This document shows positions 19,682 to 29,003 of a DNA stretch of 64,000 nucleotides, in pieces; position 1 is the first letter of the stretch; every line of letters starts with the position of its first letter. A model generated the notes under the pieces. The model searched no databases. It saw nothing but the letters and a program-made list of their open reading frames with translations, and was not told the DNA's origin. The stretch covers positions 7,978-71,977 of the forward strand of contig CAXAWH010000007.1 in assembly GCA_963972485.1 (NCBI GenBank). Reading direction: 5' to 3'. The position numbers and the translations under genes were made by a program. Origin of the DNA: an uncultured Planctomycetaceae bacterium (lineage in GTDB: Bacteria; Planctomycetota; Planctomycetia; Planctomycetales; Planctomycetaceae).

Positions 19682-20943
19682 TTTTGTGCAAGATGCAGTA
19701 GTGTTTGCAACATCACATTGGCTCCAGCTTCAATATCTGACCAAGCAGTCCATTCGGCTGGAGAGTGACTTTTTCCATTTTTGCTGGGGACGAATATCAT
19801 ACCGACTGGCACCATTCGCCCCATAATTTGAGCATCGTGAGCGGCTCCGCTGGGCATTTGATGGTATTCCAGGTCTAATTCCTCCGCTTGTGTTCTCAGC
19901 TGCTCGACAATGTCTTCACTGCAGGCAACCGGTTGAAGATAACTTTTCTGTTCGAAATCAAATTTCAGATTTCGACGTCTTGCAATCGCTGAGAGTGCTT
20001 TTTGAAATGCGGTCGATAAATCATCAAGAAACTCTTCAGAGGTATCTCTAACATCGAGCGAAAACTCAACAATTCCTGGAACGGTATTCGCCGCCCCAGG
20101 TAGAATCTGGGCTTTTCCAATTGTCGCACGACTGCGTTCGCTACCATTTTCTTCAAGGATTCGTGGCACTTCATGGGCAAAATCGGCCAGTCCCATGAAG
20201 GCATCGTTTCGCATGTCCATCGGCGTTGTGCCTGCATGATTGGCCTCGCCTCTGAGCCAGACCGACCAGGTAAACAGTCCAGTAATCTCATCGACTATCC
20301 CAACGGATTTGTGCATGCGATCCAGCACTGGCCCCTGTTCAATATGCAATTCGAGATAACTGCGGATCGAATCAGGATCGCGGGCGGCATCAAGAGCTGC
20401 CAGAGGATCATAGCCTTGTCGGCGCATTTCTTCCTGTAACAGAACCCCATCCAGATCGGACATCGTCGCCAGCGAATCGGGGGTGATGTATCCACAAACC
20501 GATTGGGAGCCGAACATTCCGCCAAAGCGACCTTCTTCATCGCTGAAGGCAATCAGTTCGAGTGTTCGTTCTGTCTCAATACCAGCCTCGACAAGACGAC
20601 GCAGGCATTCCAGTCCAACGACGACACCTAATGTTCCATCCAGAGCCCCTGCACAAGGAACGGTATCAATATGAGAGCCAACAAGCACACGAGGCTTCTC
20701 CGTTTTTCCGATAAAGATCCCCGAGATATTTGCGGCTCCATCCACATTGGATTTTAAGCCTGCCTGCTCAATACGATCGATCAACCAGCGTTTGCCCCGC
20801 ATATCGGCATCGGTGAAGGCCATCCGATAAATTCCACGGTCTTCTTCATCCTTTCCGATTTCTGAGAGAGCGAGTATGTCTTCCTTAATCCGTTGAAGAT
20901 CAATTCGTAAATCGGTTGGATTAGTCGCTGTCGATTCCGGCAT
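19678..20943 (-). CDS. M20-family Zn-dependent amidase (allantoate amidohydrolase / N-carbamoyl-L-amino-acid hydrolase type)
   Basis: 421 aa. VGSHIDTVPCAGALDGTLGVV and the dimerisation-domain layout are typical of the hydantoinase/carbamoylase amidase family. Confidence 0.8.
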   Translation of the reverse strand: MPESTATNPTDLRIDLQRIKEDILALSEIGKDEEDRGIYRMAFTDADMRGKRWLIDRIEQAGLKSNVDGAANISGIFIGKTEKPRVLVGSHIDTVPCAGALDGTLGVVVGLECLRRLVEAGIETERTLELIAFSDEEGRFGGMFGSQSVCGYITPDSLATMSDLDGVLLQEEMRRQGYDPLAALDAARDPDSIRSYLELHIEQGPVLDRMHKSVGIVDEITGLFTWSVWLRGEANHAGTTPMDMRNDAFMGLADFAHEVPRILEENGSERSRATIGKAQILPGAANTVPGIVEFSLDVRDTSEEFLDDLSTAFQKALSAIARRRNLKFDFEQKSYLQPVACSEDIVEQLRTQAEELDLEYHQMPSGAAHDAQIMGRMVPVGMIFVPSKNGKSHSPAEWTAWSDIEAGANVMLQTLLHLAQN

Positions 20944-20979
20944 CGCTATGTACCTCTATATGAGTTGATTTTACTGTCT

Positions 20980-22899
20980 CTAATCGACTACTGGCAAAGG
21001 CAATCCCTCGACATATTGCCCATGGAGCATGTGCAACTGCAATGTGTGATTGAGAACAATATCGTTGCGGCGGGCCACTGTGCTGTCGGTTTCGTTCCAG
21101 GATTGATCGATGAATTGAATCAGTCGATCATAGTCGAAGAAGCCAACTTCGCGAACGCGTTCTGGTGTCAGCCAGTGGTTAATCATCTCCTGAACGGCAT
21201 TGCGTTTGACGGGATCGGTATGGGCGGGGGGAGCCATGAAGGCGAATTTTTTTCGCTCGTACAATTCTTTTGGTAGCACATTAATCATCGCTTCTCGCAA
21301 TACCCATTTTTCGATGCCATCTCGAATTCTAACATCTGGCGGAATCGTCACCGCATACTCGGCGACGTGATGATCCAGAAACGCCGGACGCGCTTCCATG
21401 CTGTTGGCCATATCCATCCGGTCGCCACCCCAGGTCAAAATCTGACCTTCGAGCATCGTTTTACTCCACGTGTATTGCGAAATATCGAGTCGATGTCGTC
21501 CACGGACTTGAGCCGGGTCGATGGCTGCTGCGACTTCTCCGACGGGATCGTATTCTTCAAACAAGTCCTGCATCGCGTTGGAGAGGATCGGCTGGAATCG
21601 TTTCAGAGTCAGCATCCAGGGTTGCATCCAGGAGGGAGTGAATCCGCACAAATCCTGCCAGGCAGGATGCTGGAGATCTTCTTCTGCGAGAATCGCGCCA
21701 GCAAAAATGCCCCCTTCATCGTCGCGGCCGAGCCAGTCGCGTTTGAAGAATGGATAACCGCCGAATAACTCGTCGGAGCCTTCTCCGGTAATGACGGCTT
21801 TATAATTGCAGGCACGGACGCGACGGCTCATATGCCATTTCGCGACTGCTAATGTGTTATAGAATGTTCGTTCGGCATGCCAGGTCGCTCGTTCAAAGGC
21901 CGGGCCGTAGAGTTCTTTTTCTGTCAGCCGCAGAAGTTCCTGCTCGGCTCCGGTTCGATCAGCCATCAGCTTGGCGATATTGGATTCATCATATTCATCG
22001 CTATCGAAAGCAATCGTAAAGGCTTTGACGGCGGATTGCTGTAATGTTGTTGCGAGGCCAAGAATCGAACAACTGTCGATGCCGCCTGAAAGATAACAGC
22101 CTACAGGAACATCCGCTTCGAGACGTGTTGCAACAGCATCAATGAGTCTGTCCTGTACACCCTGAACGTATTCTTGTGGATCGGCATTTTCTTCGTGAGA
22201 CTCAGGAAAAACGAAATCCCACCAGCGTTTCGTGCGGGTTTCCAGTCGTCCATCCTGCAGATTGACAATCAGCATATGCCCTGGCTTTAAGGCTTCAACA
22301 CCTTTAAAAGCCGTCGAACCGGGGACCATCACCTGCATCATTTGATGCAGCGCCGCTTTAGGGCAGAGTTCAGGATTAATATCGGGATGTTTTAGAATCG
22401 ATTTGACTTCCGAGCCCCAGACGATGCCATTGTCGTTCATGGCATAATAGAGTGGCTTGATGCCGAAACGATCACGAACGAGAATCAGTTGTTTCTTCTT
22501 GTTGTCATACAGAACGACCGCGAATTCTCCACGAAGATGCTCGACGAAGGACAATCCATCTCTCAAGTATAAAGGAAGAGCGATCGCACTATCACTTTTT
22601 CCACTTGTTGAGAAATTGTTGCACCCGAGTTGGGTCCGAATCCTTTTGTAATTGTATAACTCACCATTGACGGTGAGGGCATAATCGCCATCGGTCGTTT
22701 CGATTGGCTGATGCCCGTGATCCAGTCCGATAATTGAGAGTCGCGTATGCCCTAATGCAAGACCTTGATCCACATAAAGCCGACTCCCCCGATCATCCGG
22801 ACCACGGTGATCGAGAACATCGAGCATGCGATCAAGAGTAAACCGCAGTTCGCGTTCATTGGTTCGAGAAGGATTCCAAAATCCGGAGATACCACACAT
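20980..22899 (-). CDS. asnB: Asparagine synthase-type glutamine-hydrolysing amidotransferase
   Basis: Ntn start MCGISGFW. PP-loop YLSGGIDSCS. 639 aa. The symbol reflects the family only; the substrate may not be aspartate. Confidence 0.8.
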   Translation of the reverse strand: MCGISGFWNPSRTNERELRFTLDRMLDVLDHRGPDDRGSRLYVDQGLALGHTRLSIIGLDHGHQPIETTDGDYALTVNGELYNYKRIRTQLGCNNFSTSGKSDSAIALPLYLRDGLSFVEHLRGEFAVVLYDNKKKQLILVRDRFGIKPLYYAMNDNGIVWGSEVKSILKHPDINPELCPKAALHQMMQVMVPGSTAFKGVEALKPGHMLIVNLQDGRLETRTKRWWDFVFPESHEENADPQEYVQGVQDRLIDAVATRLEADVPVGCYLSGGIDSCSILGLATTLQQSAVKAFTIAFDSDEYDESNIAKLMADRTGAEQELLRLTEKELYGPAFERATWHAERTFYNTLAVAKWHMSRRVRACNYKAVITGEGSDELFGGYPFFKRDWLGRDDEGGIFAGAILAEEDLQHPAWQDLCGFTPSWMQPWMLTLKRFQPILSNAMQDLFEEYDPVGEVAAAIDPAQVRGRHRLDISQYTWSKTMLEGQILTWGGDRMDMANSMEARPAFLDHHVAEYAVTIPPDVRIRDGIEKWVLREAMINVLPKELYERKKFAFMAPPAHTDPVKRNAVQEMINHWLTPERVREVGFFDYDRLIQFIDQSWNETDSTVARRNDIVLNHTLQLHMLHGQYVEGLPLPVVD

Positions 22900-22985
22900 A
22901 ACTCACCTTGTTTATTTTCTTTAGCTGCAATCAATTCAATACGAAGGCTGGATTTAAGAAACGTCGCCCATCTGTCGCGATTATT

Positions 22986-24068
22986 TTAAACGCCGCTCAA
23001 ACGATCCAGACGATTCAAAACGGCAATCAACAACGCCTGCCTGACAAACACAGCCCCGGCTGCCTGCGCGAAGTAAAGATTGTGACTCGTCTCGTCGAAA
23101 CATTCGGGCAGTTCATCATTTCTGGCCAGCGGGTGCATAATGACAGCATCTTTTTTAAGAGGACTTTTTTCCTGCAGCTTGGAACGACTGTCCAAATTGC
23201 GGTAACTGTCACCCAGAAACGCAATCGAATTGACATAGACAATGTCGAGGTCCGGTAATACTGATTGGACATTGTTCGTGATGTCAATTGGAATGGGAGA
23301 TTCTTCTATCGGTTCGGTCAAGTCGAGTCCGACGGGATCGGCCATTTCAGAGATGAGCGTAATTTTCTTGACGGCTCCTGTGAACATCAGCGAGAGTCTC
23401 AGAAAGCTTTTTACGGCTCTCATTGAACCGGGCGTACCGATGATTCCGAGATGCACTTTACGCTCTTCCGGACAATCATCCTGACACAGTTCCGGTCGCC
23501 ATTTCAATAACGCATACCAGTCGATCAGGGCTTGTGTCGGATGATGACCTGACCCATTTCCTGCATTAATGAGTGGACGTTGTAAATTTCTTTGAATCTC
23601 TTCCAGGCTATTCGTATCGGGATGCCGCATAATGACGATATCGCCATAGGTATTGAACATCTCGCCGATATCAGCCAACGATTCGCCCTTGGCAACTCCC
23701 GTTACCTGACCATCGGGCACAGAGAGGACTTTACCATCCAGTCGCTGCACCGCACTTTCAAAGGAAAGCCGGGTGCGAGTGCTGGCTTCAAAAAATGCAG
23801 TGATGGCAATTTTGCCATCGAGTGGTTTATCCATCTCAACATTTCTCGACTCCAGTAAAGCCGCAAGTTGAGCAATCGCGACAATGGTTCGACGATCAAA
23901 CTGACGCGGGTTCAAAATGGATTGCCCTGCGATTGAGTCGAGTGCTTCTCGATCGATTTTACCATTTGTAAAATCCAGCAACTGCTGCGGACTCAATTTG
24001 CAGCCTTTGGAATTGGATGCGAAATTTGTCAGCGCACGCGAAATTTGTTCTTCGGACAACCGTTTCAT
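22986..24068 (-). CDS. ATCase/OTCase-fold transcarbamylase with a non-canonical second-substrate site
   Basis: Carbamoyl-phosphate motifs FFEASTRTRLSFE and HPTQAL, plus ATCase-like HPLAR. The canonical aspartate-binding segment (E. coli MTRVQKER) reads VNSIAFLGD. About 48 extra N-terminal residues. Confidence 0.75.
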   Translation of the reverse strand: MKRLSEEQISRALTNFASNSKGCKLSPQQLLDFTNGKIDREALDSIAGQSILNPRQFDRRTIVAIAQLAALLESRNVEMDKPLDGKIAITAFFEASTRTRLSFESAVQRLDGKVLSVPDGQVTGVAKGESLADIGEMFNTYGDIVIMRHPDTNSLEEIQRNLQRPLINAGNGSGHHPTQALIDWYALLKWRPELCQDDCPEERKVHLGIIGTPGSMRAVKSFLRLSLMFTGAVKKITLISEMADPVGLDLTEPIEESPIPIDITNNVQSVLPDLDIVYVNSIAFLGDSYRNLDSRSKLQEKSPLKKDAVIMHPLARNDELPECFDETSHNLYFAQAAGAVFVRQALLIAVLNRLDRLSGV

Positions 24069-24194
24069 GGTTCTACCAGATATTATTTTGTTTGGAATCG
24101 ATTATAAAAAATGTCAACAGTCCTATGACTCCCAGTGTGCACAAGAACAGACCACCAAAAACGATCAGTTGCAAAAACCAGAGTGGAAATAAAA

Positions 24195-25667
24195 TCATCT
24201 GGAAGCCTCTGCTAAGATAGGTTTAGGAATGCTTCTGTCCGGCGGTGGGGCGGAGAGTGTTTTGAAATCAAAATTATCGGGAGCAATCTTCATCGCGATT
24301 CCGAAAACAATTCCGGAAACTGTCGCTCCAATGAGCGAAGAAACAAACCAGCCAATCGTAAAATAGGCGATTAAACCACACGTTGTCCCCAGAATCATTG
24401 CCAGAGATGCGGCGATGGGACTGGCTTTGCGAGAGTACAATCCTCCTACAATCGGCCAGATACAGCTCCCTACCATTGGTCCTGCAAAAAACAAAACGGT
24501 TGCCAGTGTACCCACATTCGGTAAGGCAACTCCCCACGCCAGTAGACCCAATCCGACGATACTCATCGCCGCCCAGCGACGTTTGGATGTGTCTGAAATT
24601 TCTCCTGGTATGATGGGTTCAATAATATCGTTGACAAGCAAATCAGCTGTCGCAGCCAGTAAGCTATCGATACTGGACGCTAATGAACAGAAAATGACGA
24701 TGAATACCAGCAACGCGCCCACAGAGCCCAGCAAAGTGGCCGCAACAAGTGGGCCTACGGTATCGGGTTGACTGATTCCAATTCCCAATGCGGGAGCAGC
24801 TAACCCTAAAAAGCCTGCCACAATCGGAACCGGTAGCCACAGCAAACCACCTAAGGCATACGCTTTGGGGCCAACGCCTTTTCGCATGGAAAACGCCCTG
24901 CTCCACCAGACGTTGCTATGAAAGATTTCACCAAACCCAAACAACATATTATTGAACAGAGACATCAATGCAGCCGGAAAGAAGATCGAGAGCAGCATCG
25001 GCCGCTGAACCTCCAGTTTCGTATACACATCGCCAATATCAACCTGCATCAGAACTGCGATGGAAACAACGACAAGACCAATCAGGATAATCAGACTTTG
25101 GATAAAGTCTGTTCCAATGACCGCATACATCCCACCGAATAAGGTGTAGAGCACACAAACGGCCAGTACAACGGTCATGCCAATCGGATACGGAATTCCT
25201 GAGAGGACATTCAATAATTTGCCGCCTGCCATCGACATGGAAATCAACCAGGTAATTGCATAAAACAGCGAGATCAATAAAAATGGTACGGTTGCAATTT
25301 GACCATATCGTTTCCGCACAAACTCGACGGCAGTGTATCCCTCGGGCATCAACTGGCGAATTCGGCCGCTCATCGGTGCGAATGCAAACAGTCCAAAACT
25401 TGCTGTCGAGTAGGCAAGCGCTCCCCAGATTCCCAGTTGCAGAGCAAACTGCGGAGCAAGCATGGTTGTGTTGGAAGTGATCCAGGTTGCAACAGCCGTT
25501 GCAGTCCCTAATGCCAGTCCGACATTGCGGCCAGCCACTGCGAAACCATCGTAGGATTTCGCACGTTTCCCCCACCAGATTCCCAGGGAGACCCACAGAA
25601 CACCAAACAGCCCGAGCATCACATACCCAGCCTGCGGACTTAAAATGGTTCCGACAGCCAGGATCAT
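24195..25667 (-). CDS. Sodium:solute symporter (SSS) family transporter
   Basis: 490 aa with about 13 TM helices. SSS-like N-terminal GRNVGLALGTATAVATWITS segment. Confidence 0.8.
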   Translation of the reverse strand: MILAVGTILSPQAGYVMLGLFGVLWVSLGIWWGKRAKSYDGFAVAGRNVGLALGTATAVATWITSNTTMLAPQFALQLGIWGALAYSTASFGLFAFAPMSGRIRQLMPEGYTAVEFVRKRYGQIATVPFLLISLFYAITWLISMSMAGGKLLNVLSGIPYPIGMTVVLAVCVLYTLFGGMYAVIGTDFIQSLIILIGLVVVSIAVLMQVDIGDVYTKLEVQRPMLLSIFFPAALMSLFNNMLFGFGEIFHSNVWWSRAFSMRKGVGPKAYALGGLLWLPVPIVAGFLGLAAPALGIGISQPDTVGPLVAATLLGSVGALLVFIVIFCSLASSIDSLLAATADLLVNDIIEPIIPGEISDTSKRRWAAMSIVGLGLLAWGVALPNVGTLATVLFFAGPMVGSCIWPIVGGLYSRKASPIAASLAMILGTTCGLIAYFTIGWFVSSLIGATVSGIVFGIAMKIAPDNFDFKTLSAPPPDRSIPKPILAEASR

Positions 25668-26239
25668 TCCGCTATTTCCTTCTGAACTAAAACTGATTCA
25701 GGTTGAGTTTCCCGGGTAGCCATCGCTCCTTGAATTATGACAAAGATGATTGCCAGAAAGACAATCAAACCAATCGAAAACAGACTCAGAGCCTGCCACA
25801 ATGGCCAGTGATCTACCGTGACTAATGCAGGCTCATTCGATTGAGCGATCAGTTCTCCCTGAGCGTTAAGGGCTTTGACCTGATACGAATACTCGCCGTT
25901 AGCTAACCCCGAAATCATGGCCTGAGGAAAGGCACCGCGAAATACGACAAGGCCATCATTCTCGAAAACCTGATACTCTGCTGCCCCTTCGACTGCGCTC
26001 CAGCGAAGATCGATATAACCTTCACGAACGTCGGCAAACTTTTTCTGAACAAATTCGATAGGAGGCGAGACCGCGAGTGCTGCTTCAGGGGATGATGTTG
26101 AAGGGGGTTCTGAGTTTTCAGAGGACGGATTTTGCCCGAATCCAGACGAAGCCTGAAAGATAATCAGCAGGAGTAAAACAGATACAAAAGAGACTGTTTC
26201 ACAACTGGAATCCGCGTTGCCGGACCGGCAAAATAACAC
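25664..26239 (-). CDS. Single-pass membrane protein with Fn3-like ectodomain, translationally coupled to the symporter
   Basis: Signal/TM at the N-terminus. Fn3-like core (IDLRWSAVEGAAEYQVF...YSYQVKALN). C-terminal TM. 4-nt overlap with the SSS gene start. Confidence 0.6.
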   Translation of the reverse strand: MLFCRSGNADSSCETVSFVSVLLLLIIFQASSGFGQNPSSENSEPPSTSSPEAALAVSPPIEFVQKKFADVREGYIDLRWSAVEGAAEYQVFENDGLVVFRGAFPQAMISGLANGEYSYQVKALNAQGELIAQSNEPALVTVDHWPLWQALSLFSIGLIVFLAIIFVIIQGAMATRETQPESVLVQKEIAE

Positions 26240-26355
26240 AACAACTCCTGTGCTCTTCCTAATTGCAAACGAGTGGCATGAGCATTTGCCAACGCTGTTA
26301 AATTTTTGTCAATGCTCCAGAATAGTCGATTTACTCTTTTAAGCAAACCCTATCC

Positions 26356-26895
26356 TTGAATAAGACAGAGAATTCGCTTGCTTGCCAGACGCCATCTGCC
26401 AAAATGCTAGATGTCTTGGTGAAGTTATTTATGAAAGAGAAACACAGACACATGGAATTCAAGCACGAATTTGAAATCTGTATGAGACTGCTCGCAGCTG
26501 TCATTGCAGGTGGAGTGGTTGGTTGGGAAAGAGGGACACACGAAAAGTCTGCTGGTCTGCGAACTCACATGCTCGTCGCATTGGGTTCTGCTGCCTTTAC
26601 ATTAATTTCCATTCATACTCCGCAGACATTTGAAGGATTTGATTGGTTTAAGATCGATCCAACTCGCGTGATTCAGGGCATTATTGGCGGAGTCGGTTTT
26701 CTGGGAGCCGGTGCCATATTTCGCAGAAAGTCTTCAGTACACGGTTTAACGACGGCCTCTGGAATCTGGGTCATCGCTTCGGTCGGTATCGCGTGTGGCT
26801 TTGGTTATTACGCAATTGCATTGCCTGTAGTTGTGCTGACGGTCATTGTGAATGGACTCATTATATTTATTGACCCGAAGAAAAAGGAGGAATGA
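26356..26895 (+). CDS. MgtC/SapB family membrane protein
   Basis: RLLAAVIAGGVVGWERGTHEKSAGLRTHMLVALGSAAFTL is a classic MgtC N-domain. The true start may be ATG at 26452. Confidence 0.8.
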   Translation: MNKTENSLACQTPSAKMLDVLVKLFMKEKHRHMEFKHEFEICMRLLAAVIAGGVVGWERGTHEKSAGLRTHMLVALGSAAFTLISIHTPQTFEGFDWFKIDPTRVIQGIIGGVGFLGAGAIFRRKSSVHGLTTASGIWVIASVGIACGFGYYAIALPVVVLTVIVNGLIIFIDPKKKEE

Positions 26896-26907
26896 ATCGT
26901 CATCATT

Positions 26908-28749
26908 TCACTGCTCAATTACTCCTGGCTCCTGACTGCGAAACAGATATGAGAATTCAATCAATACTCGCTCTACGGGGCTCATCTCGGCTCGGTCTTC
27001 GAGGACTTCACGAGCCATTTCCGGATCATCCGTGATGATGTTGTCGACTCCGCGACCGATCATTGTCGACATAGTGACAGGGTCGTTGACCGTCCAGCCA
27101 TAAACTGATTTACCTTTGCGATGAGCGGTTTGAATGAAGTCTCGTTTTGCCAATTTGGTACTCACAGCTAAAAAATCCACATCGGAGCGCGTCAAGTCTC
27201 CAGCTGCAACTGCTGTCAGTAAGCCAACCGTCCAGTCAGGACGCAGCTTCTGGATTTTTCTGATCCCATCGATTTTCAGGGACATGACAACGATGTGATC
27301 TTCCATGTCATTGGCTTCGACAAGATCGACAACCTTTTGTTCGAGGCTTTGTGTGTGCCCATAATATTTAAGTTCGATATTGACGCGAGCTTTGCCTTTG
27401 CAGAGCTTCAAAACATCTTCTAACGTAGGAACGCGTTCGCTGGCATAGTCGGCACTGAAGTAACTGCCGATATCGATGGTCTGTAACTCAGCCGCAGTTC
27501 CCTCCCAGATTTTAAGTGGCGAACCAGCCACTTTCATCAAGTCGTTATCGTGGGCGACCAGCACGATCCCATCTTTAGATTCCTGCACATCTATCTCAAT
27601 CCAGTCGGCACCATCGGCAATCCCCTGACGAATGGCGGCCAGAGTATTCTCGGGAGCCTTGAATGCTCCGCCACGATGAGCAGTGATTTCGACATCATCC
27701 TCCAGTTGAACAGTATGGATTGCAGTAATCCCTATTGTCGTTGCAAGCAAGGAGGCAATCACGAATGCAGCCGCTAATCGTCTTCGAGTCCAACGAATCT
27801 CCCAGGAAAATTGATGGCCTGAATCTTCGGGAAGCGTAAAGGCTTCAGAACGCCCGTAGGAAACGTAGAGGTAGCTTAATAAAACCGCGAAGGAAATATT
27901 CGCTAACAGATTCGTGATGAAATTTACAAGAGTCCAGATCGAGAGAACGAAACCTAAAGTGATCGCTAACCACCAGATGGAATCGACGTTTTCTGGGACG
28001 ATTAATGAACCCAGCGTTACCGTCACCGCTGTGAGAATTGCCGAGATTAGAAAATTGCCAATGGCCCAGAGGAGAATTCCTTTGGCGATTTTCCATTTGT
28101 GACCATGCGTTCTCTGTCGACTGATTCGCAGACAATCTGTAGCAGCCACATGTTCGAATAGGTGTAGTGAAAAAGCAAAACTCCAATTCACCAGACTTCG
28201 CAGCACAAGCAATACCATGATCAACAGTAGAGGACCAATGCTAAAGACGGCATACCAAAACGGAAGTGGTTTTTCGGTCAGATAGTAATTGATGTCGTGA
28301 TCGGTCAGGAAATACCAGAACAGCATTCCACCGGTTGCCAGGAACGGAATTGCGAGCCCGAGTAAACGAATAATTATTCGAGCTGTAATCCGGTATATGC
28401 CAGTGGCATTATGTAAGACACTCCTCAAACTTTCCCAAACGCTCAATTGAAGACCGTGAAACGCACACAGACTAAGAGTTATCAGGACCGCTTGTTCCAG
28501 TGCTAAAGTGCAGACAAAAGCACTCCCGACAATAATAAAGGCCAGCCAGCCGAGTGGGTGGATCAGGAATATCGCAATATCGGTATCTGCTAGAACAGTT
28601 CTTCCAGACAACTCCACAAAAAAACGAAACATCAGACTGATAGTGGGCGTGAGAGCAAGAAACAGAATGAGCTTGAAAGCGATATCGGCCACAATCAGTT
28701 TTCGCCAGAAGGGTTTCAGGCTCTGTAGTATTTGAAATTCCATTTGCAA
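26908..28749 (-). CDS. Membrane-anchored glycerophosphodiester phosphodiesterase (GDPD) family protein
   Basis: N-terminal domain of about 330 aa with many TM helices. GDPD motifs ITAHRGG...PENTL and EIDVQESKDGIVLVAHD. Confidence 0.8.
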   Translation of the reverse strand: MQMEFQILQSLKPFWRKLIVADIAFKLILFLALTPTISLMFRFFVELSGRTVLADTDIAIFLIHPLGWLAFIIVGSAFVCTLALEQAVLITLSLCAFHGLQLSVWESLRSVLHNATGIYRITARIIIRLLGLAIPFLATGGMLFWYFLTDHDINYYLTEKPLPFWYAVFSIGPLLLIMVLLVLRSLVNWSFAFSLHLFEHVAATDCLRISRQRTHGHKWKIAKGILLWAIGNFLISAILTAVTVTLGSLIVPENVDSIWWLAITLGFVLSIWTLVNFITNLLANISFAVLLSYLYVSYGRSEAFTLPEDSGHQFSWEIRWTRRRLAAAFVIASLLATTIGITAIHTVQLEDDVEITAHRGGAFKAPENTLAAIRQGIADGADWIEIDVQESKDGIVLVAHDNDLMKVAGSPLKIWEGTAAELQTIDIGSYFSADYASERVPTLEDVLKLCKGKARVNIELKYYGHTQSLEQKVVDLVEANDMEDHIVVMSLKIDGIRKIQKLRPDWTVGLLTAVAAGDLTRSDVDFLAVSTKLAKRDFIQTAHRKGKSVYGWTVNDPVTMSTMIGRGVDNIITDDPEMAREVLEDRAEMSPVERVLIEFSYLFRSQEPGVIEQ

Positions 28750-29003
28750 TTAGTTCAGTGAGAGTAGCTTTTTGATGAACTCGTATCTTACAGCGTGGTG
28801 ACTTTTAAGATTAAAATCAATTTACAAGATCGGGAACGTGAATTGCACTCACTTGATTTGATTGAAATTTCAAAATTCGAGTCTCGTAACCGCGACGAAA
28901 CATTACGGGAGTGGTTAATGGAATAGGGCTGCTGTAATTTGAAAGAATAACTCCCTCTGACATATCACTGAGCTATCATGAAATTCAAACATGGAGAACG
29001 AAA

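Noticed and set aside
26274-26289. Sigma-54-like motif TGGCATGAGCATTTGC upstream of the MgtC-like gene
   Set aside because: The GG-to-GC spacing is 11 nt instead of the strictly required 10. Similarly, TGGAACAGAAATGCA at 46941-46955 upstream of the SulP gene has 9-nt spacing.
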